Assembly: GCA_032718475.1 (NCBI GenBank)
Contig: JAUCBJ010003756.1
Span: 1-33,511, forward strand
Direction: 5' to 3'
Origin: Nemertoderma westbladi
Lineage: Eukaryota; Animalia; Xenacoelomorpha
DNA: 33,511 bases
Below the pieces are notes generated by a model that was not told the DNA's origin, made no database searches, and was given only the letters and a program-made list of their open reading frames with translations. The first letter of the stretch is position 1; each line of letters starts with the position of its first letter. The position numbers and the translations under genes were made by a program. This document shows, piece after piece, positions 1 through 9,430 of this stretch.

Positions 1-62
1 GGGGGAATCTGGTTTGCGAGGGATATTTGAATGGTGAGTATAACTATCCTTGAGAGTTAGTG

Positions 63-242
63 TGACGTTATCTCACTATGGATGGGCTTTACCACTGTAC
101 TCGCATCTACTCTCTCATTGGCTGTCTAACTTTCCTCCCTCGAGTCCTGATTGGCTGCCTAACTCACCCTCGCACTCTGATTGGATAATCCATTCTAGCC
201 TCCCTCTATAATAACCCCCGTTCAACGCATTCCCAGTCATTC
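63..242 (+). promoter_or_regulatory. Pol II promoter: CRE-like TGACGT, three ATTGG (CCAAT) boxes, TATA, CAGT initiator
   Basis: TGACGT 63-68; ATTGG at 117, 150 and 180 (33 and 30 bp spacing); TATAATAA 207-214; CAGTCATT ~234-241; ATG at 355. Same arrangement at +2392. Confidence 0.7.
72..124 (+). repeat. Left arm of 53-bp inverted repeat (pairs with 1932-1984)
   Basis: CTCACTATGGATGGGCTTTACCACTGTACTCGCATCTACTCTCTCATTGGCTG is the reverse complement of 1932-1984 with 3 mismatches. Copy 2 arms are 2464-2516 and 4325-4377. Confidence 0.92.
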
Positions 243-354
243 TCTAAGTTTTATATTAAAAAGTTTTATTTATTTTCATAAAAGTTTAATTTATTTAAAA
301 TTTTGTAAAATCATTTAGCTAAAATTCAATATTATCAATTGACATTGCTATATA

Positions 355-1407
355 ATGCATAGACATGAAAGTTGTTTGGTTTGTAATAAAGAAATGAGAC
401 AAGACAATTTATCTCGTCATATGGAAACACATGGAAAGGAAAAACTAATGGCTCCATTACCAAAAAAATTTAAAAAATCCGAAGATATTTTTAGTGAAGA
501 TGAAAAGAAAAAGAGAGATGAGCGTGATATATTAAATATAAAACAGACAATGGAAAGTAAATTTCATAAAGTTATGAATATTTTGAAAGGGATACAAAAA
601 CAGTTACCCCTAGAAAATGAGGAAAATTTGAGTGAGAAAGATGGAGAAGAAGAGGATGATGAGATGGAGAATGAAAATAGTGAGGGTCAGGATGAAGTTG
701 AAGAGAGTGAAGTTGAGAACGAAGAAAGTGAAGATCAGGATGATGATGAAGAAAGTGAAGGTCAAGAAGAGGGTGAAGATAGCGAAGGTCAGGAAGAGAA
801 TGAAGAAAGTGAAGAACAGGAAGAGGATGAAGAAAGTGAAGAACAGGAAGACGATGAAGAAAGTGAAGGCGGGGAAGAGGATGAAGAAAGTGAAGGTCAG
901 AAAGAGGGTGAAGAAAGTGAAGATCAGGAAAGTGGAGAAGACGATGAAAATGATGATAATGAGGAAATAAAGAGGCAATTACTTGGAAATAAGAATCAAT
1001 TGCGGAAAATTATTAAACATTTGAAGGAAAATGAAGAAAATAAAGAGGCGACATTGACCCAAGTCCTAGGAAGCAAAATTAAATTACAGAAATTTATTAA
1101 ACATTTAGAAGAGAATGATGAAAATAAAGAAGAGATATTGAGACAAATATTAGGAAACAAAAATCAAATGCGGAAATTTATTAAACAAATGGAAGAAAAT
1201 GAGGAAAATAGAGAAGAGATATTAAGACAGGTTCTGGGAAATAAAAGTAAATTACTGAAAATTAATGAACAATTGAATAAAATTAAGAAACAGTTGGGTA
1301 ATGAGGAAGATGAAAGTAAAGTAAATCAACCAGCTTTTACTAATTTTCGAAGACCTATGATAAAAAACTCTCGTTCAGTATATGCCCGCGCAGGACGACG
1401 CTATTGA
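355..1407 (+). CDS. Intronless protein: N-terminal C2H2-like zinc finger, NLS-like motif, Asp/Glu-rich tract, 4x28-aa coiled-coil repeats (350 aa)
   Basis: CLVC-x11-H-x3-H (CLVCNKEMRQDNLSRHMETH); PLPKKFKK; ~110-aa acidic tract of 9-aa EESE(G/E)QEE(D/G) units; repeats of EEILRQ(I/V)LGNK; upstream promoter motifs. Confidence 0.8.
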   Translation: MHRHESCLVCNKEMRQDNLSRHMETHGKEKLMAPLPKKFKKSEDIFSEDEKKKRDERDILNIKQTMESKFHKVMNILKGIQKQLPLENEENLSEKDGEEEDDEMENENSEGQDEVEESEVENEESEDQDDDEESEGQEEGEDSEGQEENEESEEQEEDEESEEQEDDEESEGGEEDEESEGQKEGEESEDQESGEDDENDDNEEIKRQLLGNKNQLRKIIKHLKENEENKEATLTQVLGSKIKLQKFIKHLEENDENKEEILRQILGNKNQMRKFIKQMEENEENREEILRQVLGNKSKLLKINEQLNKIKKQLGNEEDESKVNQPAFTNFRRPMIKNSRSVYARAGRRY

Positions 1408-1437
1408 CATTAGTTTGTTTGAGTTCCTTTCATAATA

Positions 1438-1600
1438 GTGTTAGGGCTATTTATCCAAAACAATTATATTAGTATTAGGACTATTTATCCATAACAATTA
1501 TAATAGTATTAGGACTATTTATCCATAATAATTATATTAGTATTATAAATGTATTTACCCCACAATATTTATTACTATTAGGTCTATTTATTCAAGAAAT
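1438..1600. repeat. 34-bp AT-rich minisatellite (3 good copies plus degenerate ones)
   Basis: GTATTAGGACTATTTATCCATAACAATTATA(A/T)TA repeated; also at ~3831-3993. Confidence 0.8.
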
Positions 1601-1931
1601 TATATGTTTTTATAATATACTTTGGAAAATTGGTCGACTAAGTCATAATTTTTAAAACTTTAAATAAGGGTTGAGTTATTTTATAAAGTTAAGAAGAATG
1701 AACCAATAGAGGCAACCTGAAGTCTAATCTCTTGGCCTTTACTCACATTAACTCCCAAGGTTGCATACTATCACTATAGCTGGGAGAGTCAAAGCTAGTG
1801 GTCACTAGAGTCAGCCGAGTGCTAGGAAAAAGAATAATGCTCTTCTAGGGTTCGAACTCACGACCTTCTAATTAGAAAACTAAGCAAATGGTCAGCTTGA
1901 AGACCTTAGACCCTTAATCTGAGGCATCGAG

Positions 1932-1984
1932 CAGCCAATGAGACAGCAGATGCGAGTACAGTGGTAAAGCCCATCCATGGTGAG
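1932..1984 (-). repeat. Right arm of 53-bp inverted repeat
   Basis: CAGCCAATGAGACAGCAGATGCGAGTACAGTGGTAAAGCCCATCCATGGTGAG; runs directly into the hairpin array. Confidence 0.92.
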
Positions 1985-2297
1985 GCATAGTCTATGCCTC
2001 AGTGAGGCATAGTCTATGCCTCAGTGAGTCATATTCTATGCCTCAGTGCCTCAGTGAGGCATAGTCTATGCCTCAGTGAGGCCTAGTCTATGCCTCAGTG
2101 CCTCAGTAAGGCATAGTCTATGCCTCAGTGAGTCATAGTCTATGCCTCAATGCCTCAGTGAGGCATGGTCTATGCCTCAGTGAGGCATAGTCTATGCCTC
2201 AGTGAGTCATAGCTAGCTATGCCTCAGTGAGGCATAGTCTATGCCTCACTAGTGAGGCATAGTCTATGCCTCAGTGAGGCATAGTCTATGCCTCACT
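1981..2297. repeat. Palindromic 22-bp tandem array (TGAGGCATAGTCTATGCCTCAG)n, short copy
   Basis: Monomer is TGAGGCATAG-T-CTATGCCTCA-G; variants include TGAGTCAT and extra TGCCTCAG octamers. Confidence 0.97.
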
Positions 2298-2746
2298 TCA
2301 ATATACGAGCACAAAAAAGTTTACAAGCACAGGTTCAAATCCAACTAAAGCTCTATATATTTTGCATTGAAGTGGAATACTTTAGATGCTGGGGGGGAAT
2401 CTGGTTTGCGAGGGATATTTGAATGGTGAGTATAACTATCCTTGAGAGTTAGTGTGACGTTATCTCACTATGGATGGGCTTTACCACTGTACTCGCATCT
2501 ACTCTCTCATTGGCTGTCTAACTTTCCTCCCTCGAGTCCTGATTGGCTGCCTAACTCACCCTCGCACTCTGATTGGATAATCCATTCTAGCCTCCCTCTA
2601 TAATAACCCCCGTTCAACGCATTCCCAGTCATTCTCTAAGTTTTATATTAAAAAGTTTTATTTATTTTCATAAAAGTTTAATTTATTTAAAATTTTGTAA
2701 AATCATTTAGCTAAAATTCAATATTATCAATTGACATTGCTATATA

Positions 2747-3865
2747 ATGCATAGACATGAAAGTTGTTTGGTTTGTAATAAAGAAATGAGACAAGACAAT
2801 TTATCTCGTCATATGGAAACACATGGAAAGGAAAAACTAATGGCTCCATTACCAAAAAAATTTAAAAAATCCGAAGATATTTTTAGTGAAGATGAAAAGA
2901 AAAAGAGAGATGAGCGTGATATATTAAATATAAAACAGACAATGGAAAGTAAATTTCATAAAGTTATGAATATTTTGAAAGGGATACAAAAACAGTTACC
3001 CCTAGAAAATGAGGAAAATTTGAGTGAGAAAGATGGAGAAGAAGAGGATGATGAGATGGAGAATGAAAATAGTGAGGGTCAGGATGAAGTTGAAGAGAGT
3101 GAGGTTGAGAACGAAGAAAGTGAAGATCAGGATGATGATGAAGAAAGTGAAGGTCAAGAAGAGGGTGAAGATAGCGAAGGTCAGGAAGAGAATGAAGAAA
3201 GTGAAGAACAGGAAGAGGATGAAGAAAGTGAAGAACAGGAAGACGATGAAGAAAGTGAAGGCGGGGAAGAGGATGAAGAAAGTGAAGGTCAGAAAGAGGG
3301 TGAAGAAAGTGAAGATCAGGAAAGTGGAGAAGACGATGAAAATGATGATAATGAGGAAATAAAGAGGCAATTACTTGGAAATAAGAATCAATTGCGGAAA
3401 ATTATTAAACATTTGAAGGAAAATGAAGAAAATAAAGAGGCGACATTGACCCAAGTCCTAGGAAGCAAAATTAAATTACAGAAATTTATTAAACATTTAG
3501 AAGAGAATGATGAAAATAAAGAAGAGATATTGAGACAAATATTAGGAAACAAAAATCAAATGCGGAAATGTATTAAACAAATGGAAGAAAATGAGGAAAA
3601 TAGAGAAGAGATATTAAGACAGGTTCTGGGAAATAAAAGTAAATTACTGAAAATTAATGAACAATTGAATAAAATTAAGAAACAGTTGGGTAATGAGGAA
3701 GATGAAAGTAAAGTAAATCAACCAGCTTTTACTAATTTTCGAAGACCTATGATAAAAAAACTCTCGTTCAGTATATGCCCGCGCAGGACGACGCTATTGA
3801 CATTAGTTTGTTTGAGTTCCTTTCATAATAGTGTTAGGGCTATTTATCCAAAACAATTATATTAG
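2747..3865 (+). CDS. Second copy of ZnF/acidic/coiled-coil protein (372 aa; alternative C-terminus caused by one extra A)
   Basis: Identical to 355-1407 except one F>C change and A7 (3754-3760) versus A6 (1362-1367). Confidence 0.75.
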   Translation: MHRHESCLVCNKEMRQDNLSRHMETHGKEKLMAPLPKKFKKSEDIFSEDEKKKRDERDILNIKQTMESKFHKVMNILKGIQKQLPLENEENLSEKDGEEEDDEMENENSEGQDEVEESEVENEESEDQDDDEESEGQEEGEDSEGQEENEESEEQEEDEESEEQEDDEESEGGEEDEESEGQKEGEESEDQESGEDDENDDNEEIKRQLLGNKNQLRKIIKHLKENEENKEATLTQVLGSKIKLQKFIKHLEENDENKEEILRQILGNKNQMRKCIKQMEENEENREEILRQVLGNKSKLLKINEQLNKIKKQLGNEEDESKVNQPAFTNFRRPMIKKLSFSICPRRTTLLTLVCLSSFHNSVRAIYPKQLY

Positions 3866-4373
3866 TATTAGGACTATTTATCCATAACAATTATAATAGT
3901 ATTAGGACTATTTATCCATAATAATTATATTAGTATTATAAATGTATTTACCCCACAATATTTATTACTATTAGGTATATTTATTCAAGAAATTATATGT
4001 TTTTATAATATACTTTGGAAAATTGGTCGACTAAGTCATAATTTTTAAAACTTTAAATAAGGGTTGAGTTATTTTATAAAGTTAAGAAGAATGAACCAAT
4101 AGAGGCAACCTGAAGTCTAATCTCTTGGCCTTTACTCACATTAACTCCCAAGGTTGCATACTATCACTATAGCTGGGAGAGTCAAAGCTAGTGGTCACTA
4201 GAGTCAGCCGAGTGCTAGGAAAAAGAATAATGCTCTTCTAGGGTTCGAACTCACGACCTTCTAATTAGAAAACTAAGCAAATGGTCAGCTTGAAGACCTT
4301 AGACCCTTAATCTGAGGCATCGGGCAGCCAATGAGACAGCAGATGCGAGTACAGTGGTAAAGCCCATCCATGG

Positions 4374-5494
4374 TGAGGCATAGTCTATGCCTCAGTGAGG
4401 CATAGTCTATGCCTCAGTGAGTCATATTCTATGCCTCAGTGAGGCATAGTCTATGCCTCAGTGAGGCCTAGTCTATGCCTCAGTGCCTCAGTAAGGCATA
4501 GTCTATGCCTCAGTGAGTCATAGTCTATGCCTCAATGCCTCAGTGAGGCATGGTCTATGCCTCAGTGAGGCATGGTCTATGCCTCAGTGAGGCATAGTCT
4601 ATGCCTCAGTGAGTCATAGTCTATGCCTCAGTGCCTCAGTGAGGCATAGTCTATGCCCCAGTGAGGCATAGTCTATGCCTCAGTGAGGCATAGTCTATGC
4701 CTCAGTGAGTCATAGTATATGCCTCAGTGAGGCATAGTCTATGCCTCAGTGAGGCATAGTCTATGCCTCAGTGAGTCATAGTCTATGCTTCAGTGCCTCA
4801 GTGAGGCATAGTCTATGCCTCAGTGAGGCCTAGTCTATGCCTCAGTGAGGCATAGTCTATGCCTCAGTGCCTCAGTGAGGCATAGTCTATGCCTCAGTGA
4901 GTCATAGTCTATGCCTCAGTGCCTCAGTGAGGCATAGTCTATGCCTCAGTAAGGTATAGTCTATGCCTCAGTGAGGCATAGTCTATGCCTCAGTGAGGCC
5001 TAGTCTATGCCTCAGTGCCTCAGTAAGGTATAGTCTATGCCTCAGTGAGGCATAGTCTATGCCTCAGTGAGTCATAGTCTATGCCTCAATGCCTCAGTGA
5101 GGCATAGTCTATGCCTCAGTGAGTCATAGTCTATGCCTCAGTGCCTCAGTGAGGCATAGTCTATGCCTCAGTGCCCCAGTGAGGCATAGTCTATGCCTCA
5201 GTGAGGCATAGTCTATGCCTCAGTGAGGCATAGTCTATGCCTCAGTGAGGCATAGTCTATGCCTCAGTGAGTCATAGTCTATGCCTCAGTGAGTCATAGT
5301 CTATGCCTCAGTGCCTCAGTGCGGCATAGTCTATGCCTCAGTGAGGCCTAGTCTATGCCTCAGTGAGGCATAGTCTATGCCTCACTGAGGCATAGACTAT
5401 GCCTCAGTGAGGCATAGTCTATGCCTCAGTGCCTCAATGAGGCATAGTCTATGCCTCAGTGAGTCATAGTCTATGCCTCGGTGAGGCATAGTCT
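4374..5494. repeat. Palindromic 22-bp tandem array, long copy
   Basis: Same monomer as 1981-2297, ~1.1 kb long. Confidence 0.97.
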
Positions 5495-5557
5495 GTGTCA
5501 AGTCTTAAATGAGAGTCTTACAAATTCGAACGTCAACGAACAAATTCGAAGGTTACT

Positions 5558-5650
5558 GTTCCACCTTGGTGTAGTGGTTGCGTAGAATTCACATCTCTCG
5601 TATGTCATGCGTTCGACCCCTGCATGAACCAGGGCAGTTTTCGTTCGGTC
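5558..5650 (+). mobile_element. tRNA-derived SINE head (3'-truncated or diverged)
   Basis: A-box TGGTGTAGTGG and B-box GTTCGACCC; homologous to the 5' part of the minus-strand SINE at 9431-9725. Confidence 0.8.
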
Positions 5651-5736
5651 AGCAATAGGCCTAACGTTGCAAAATGCAGTATTATTGCCTAGTAACCAAT
5701 TCATGGCTACCGTATGGTTTTCACTTTGAGACATTT

Positions 5737-6380
5737 CGTCCTCTAGCGGCAGACTGGGGAACTTCATACTACTCTGTGACTCTGCAAAAGATATAGCCTA
5801 TGCCGTAGTAGATGCCGTTTGGGGGGTCAAAATTAAGTAATAATATATCTAAATAAGTCTCAAACATCTTGCCTCATGGCTCGCCCCTTAGAACCCTTAA
5901 GCAATATAACTTCATAGTTTTGCGGATTGTAAATAACAAAGCTAGAGAAGATGTTAATTTTTAAATAACACGCCCTCTAGCGATAGACAGGGGAACTTCA
6001 GCCTACTCTATGTCTCCGCAAAATATATAGCCTATGCCGTAGTAGATGCCGATTGGGGGGTCAAATTAAGTAATAATATATCTAAATAAGCCTCAAACAT
6101 CTTGCCTCATGGCTCGCCCCTTAGAACCCTTAAGCAATATAACTTCATAGTTTTGCGGATTGTAAATAACAAAGCTAGAGAAGATGTTAATTTTTAAATA
6201 ATACGCCCTCTAGCGGTAGACAGGGGAACTTCATACTACTCTATGGCTCCGCAAAAGATATGGCCTATGCCGTAGTAGATGCCTACCGAGTTTAAACCCA
6301 TTCGGAATGAAAATAGCAAAGTTAGAGAAGATGTTAATTTCAGATCATATGCCCTCTAGCGGCAGACTATGGAACTGCAG
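5737..6380. repeat. ~233-bp tandem repeat (about 2.7 copies), each unit starting with GCCCTCTAGCGG
   Basis: Motif starts at 5737, 5971, 6204 and ~6350 with near-identical following sequence. Confidence 0.85.
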
Positions 6381-6694
6381 ACGGCTGGATATAGGTAAGA
6401 GTAATTAGTAATCAGAGCTGTCACGGGGTGGGGGGGTGGGGCGCTTGGATACAACTATTATTAATAAGCTGTTGCTTGGTTAAAGCTAATTGGGGGTCAA
6501 AGGTCAAAGGTCAACGATAAAGCTGTCTTGATATAGATAAGAGTAATTAGTTACCAGTAAGGGAGCTGTATACCCTATGGCTAAGTATAACGAGATGAAA
6601 GTCAATGAGGTCATATAGAAACCAATATATAAAACTAATTATTGGTAAATCTAAAATAAAGTACAATTAATTAATTTAAAATTAAATATAAATA

Positions 6695-8996
6695 CTACTA
6701 GGATCGGCATGCTGCATTGCAGCTGCATTTTTAAGAATGCTGTGCCGGCTTGTCAACAAAATTGCACCGCCACAACTCCCTATCACCCATGACATTTGCT
6801 AGATCATCCGCATCTTTAAGGCCAGTGTCCTTTAAGATGCGTCTCAAGAAAGTCATGGGCTGTCCACCATGCTTATTCACTCCATGAGGCTGCCAAAGTA
6901 CAAGATTATGCACTGGCTGGCCCTCACGGCGAAAGCAATGTCCTGCAAAGCGGAGGCGATTTTGTTCTAGTGTCAAGCTTGGGGGAACCAATGAGACACC
7001 TCCAATGTTATATAGTGTCTGGTTGGAGATGTGTGCATTGTACTTGACACAATGTACCCGGCGTAGCATTCTTGTGAATGTGCCATCCAGAGATTTGGTG
7101 TCCTCAGCAGTTAGAGCCCAGCATGGACTCCCGTAGAGGAGTACTGGAACTACTGCTGCTCTTAATAATCGGACCTTAAGTTTCCGATTAATTCTAGGTG
7201 ACTTCCAAATCCTGGAAAGCCTATTCAAGGCTGCCCATGCCTTTCCCTTACGTATTCGAAGGTCCTCACCTGACTTCCGGATCCATGATCCCAGGTAACA
7301 GAAGTCGTCCACATGCTCAAGCATACCATCCTTTGAGCTTATGCTCATCCGATCAGAGACTTGCTGAGGACTTTCAAAGTTAACTGTCAGAATTTTGGTC
7401 TTTCTGGAGTTAATAAAAAGACCAACACTAGAAGCAGCATGTTCTAATGAGCTGAGGAGCCGCTGGGCTCCCTCTAATGATTCTGAGAGTACTCCTAAGT
7501 CATCAGCAAAGTCTAGATCAGTTAGGTACTTGGCAGGATTTCCTCGACTTCTGGAGCCAGTAGGTGGAGTTATCATCACCCCATCATCATTATGATGATC
7601 TAAGGACATGCGTAGAACATAGTCAACCACAATAATGAACAAGAATGGTGCAAGTGTGTCTCCTTGGAGGACGCCCCATAACACTTCAAATGGTTCTGTG
7701 TCACCGTCAACAGTAGACACAAATGTTGTCGAACCATCGTATACTGATCTGATTGCTGCAATAATTTCATCAGGAATCCCATATAATGAAAGTATGCTGA
7801 ACATACGTGAGCGAGAGACTGAATCAAAGGCCTTGAAGAAGTCAACAAAGATAACAGCCAGATGCCTGTCTTTCTTTTTTGATAACTCTTCAATTATCCT
7901 TCTAAGTGCCAAAATGGGCTCCATGGTCCCACGACCTTTACGGAACCCATTCTGATTTCCACGTAGCAGTCTCTCAATGGGATCCCTGATGCGATTTAAT
8001 AGAATTCTATTGTATAGTTTTGCAGCGATCGAGATCAATGAGATTCCCCGAAAAGAACCATAGAGTGTTAGGTTGCCCTTCTTGGGAACTGGCACCAACT
8101 TATTTGTTTTCATTTCTTGTGGGACTCTTGTTGTACGGTACATGTCTACTATGATGGGATAGATGAGCTTTAAACACTCAGGTATTTTAAAGACCTCAGG
8201 GGGAACACCATCTACTCCACTGGCACGATTGGTCTTAATGCTCTTTGCAGCAGCCTTCACTTCTGCAAAGGAGATATCGCCAATGGGAATATCTGGGAGT
8301 ACAGACTCAGACACTTTTACTTCTATAAAGTTATCAGGCAATACCCTGTCATTATTGAGGAGCTTTTCAAAGTGGGCTTTCCAACCATTGAGGCGATCGG
8401 CTGGTGATTCAGCCTTAACCTTGGTGGTTGGTTGGCTTTTCCGCCCAGTAAGCAGATTGATCGATTTCCATGCCTGGGATGATTGCCTGCTGTCGTCAGC
8501 ATCATTGATGGCATCAACCTGTTGGTTTATTAGCTCCTGTAGATTAACAGAGTACTGCCTGTTCAGGGACCTAGATGCAGCTTTAACTGCATTCTTGGCC
8601 GCTGTAGTCTGTTTGAGTCGGGACTCTTTCTGCGCCTTATGAAGGTCATTTCGGCACTTCTGAATTTTGTTGTCAGTCCAGGGGGCCCTTTTCCTGTTTC
8701 GAGGGTATACAGGAACTGTTTCTGCAGCTGCTAACTTAACTGCTTCTGTAAAGGCAGTATAGCCCTCACAGTGATCTGCCGCCTCAGAGGCAAGAGCCTC
8801 ATACCTGTTGCTCAGCTGTAGTGTGAAGCTGGATCTCACACTTGGCTGTTGCAACAGAGAGGACCAGTCATGCCGTGGCAAGGCAGATTTCGTTGTTCTG
8901 CTAGCACGCAGACTAAGTCTTACCTTGGCCACAATAAGGCGGTGATCACTGGAGAAGGGTCGAAGTGTAAATGCATTACAGTCTTGTTACGTTCAG
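6695..8996 (-). mobile_element. 5'-truncated RTE-like non-LTR retrotransposon (LINE) with 12-bp TSD
   Basis: TAAATATAAATA at 6683-6694 and 8997-9008; very short 3' UTR ending (TAG)n; encodes RT. Confidence 0.88.
6731..8987 (-). CDS. LINE ORF2: end of APE endonuclease + reverse transcriptase (5'-truncated, uninterrupted)
   Basis: Frame is open upstream of the called start (QDCNAFTLRPFSSDHRLIVAK, the SDH motif ending APE). RT motifs: QNGFRKGRGT, FVDFFKAFDSV, GVLQGDTLAPFLF, DLDFADD, FCYLGS; RTE-like C-terminus RLRFAGHCFR...DRELW. Confidence 0.92.
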
Positions 8997-9063
8997 TAAA
9001 TATAAATAAATAAGTATTAATGAATAAAAGAGCTGCGGTGTCACTTATGACACCCTCTTGAGC

Positions 9064-9355
9064 CGGCTCTGCGACAGTTAGACAACACTGATGACCCATT
9101 GTGTGTCAGGGCGCTAATCAGTCTGATTAATTAGGATAATCAATTAAACCCTAATTAGGAGTCATATGACACCTGTTAGGGTTTAATTGTACTAATTAAT
9201 TGATGACACCTGTCAATTAGGGTCTAATTAGCCTAATTGGGAGGTGTCACCCAGACAGTCTGGCGCCAATGACACCCAATGACACCCATAGGGTGATAAT
9301 TGGGTGTCATATGACACCCAATGGGTGTCAGTTGGGTCTAACTGTCGCAGAGCCG
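9064..9355. mobile_element. MITE, ~290 bp, with 20-bp perfect TIR
   Basis: CGGCTCTGCGACAGTTAGAC (9064-9083) and GTCTAACTGTCGCAGAGCCG (9336-9355); many internal TGACACCC/GGGTGTCA motifs. Confidence 0.8.
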
Positions 9356-9430
9356 CCCAAGACCCTACTACTGGCGGCCTACTGTAATAACAATAGGTGT
9401 ATAATGCCTCTGCCTATACTGCTATATGTC

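Larger units (their letters stand above)
1..2392 (+). repeat. Tandem unit copy 1 (2392-bp period): promoter + ZnF/acidic gene + inverted repeats + hairpin array
   Basis: Sequence from position 1 (GGGGGAATCTGGTTTGCG) recurs at 2393. ORF starts 355 and 2747 differ by 2392. The array may continue left of the window. Confidence 0.95.
2393..5494 (+). repeat. Tandem unit copy 2, terminal copy ending in an expanded hairpin array
   Basis: Near-identical to copy 1 up to ~4375 (about five differences seen). The 22-bp array then runs ~1.1 kb and the ~95-bp linker of copy 1 (2298-2392) does not follow. Confidence 0.93.

Noticed and set aside
610-978. Phe/Ile-rich minus ORF and Lys/Arg/Met-rich shifted ORF (also 3002-3370)
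   Set aside because: Shadow frames of the GAA/GAT-rich acidic repeat; no independent evidence.
1981-5494. Palindromic repeats as a CRISPR array
   Set aside because: No unique spacers, no cas genes, and the context is eukaryotic with spliceosomal introns.
7198-8642. Small ORFs overlapping the LINE
   Set aside because: Antisense or alternative frames of RT coding sequence.
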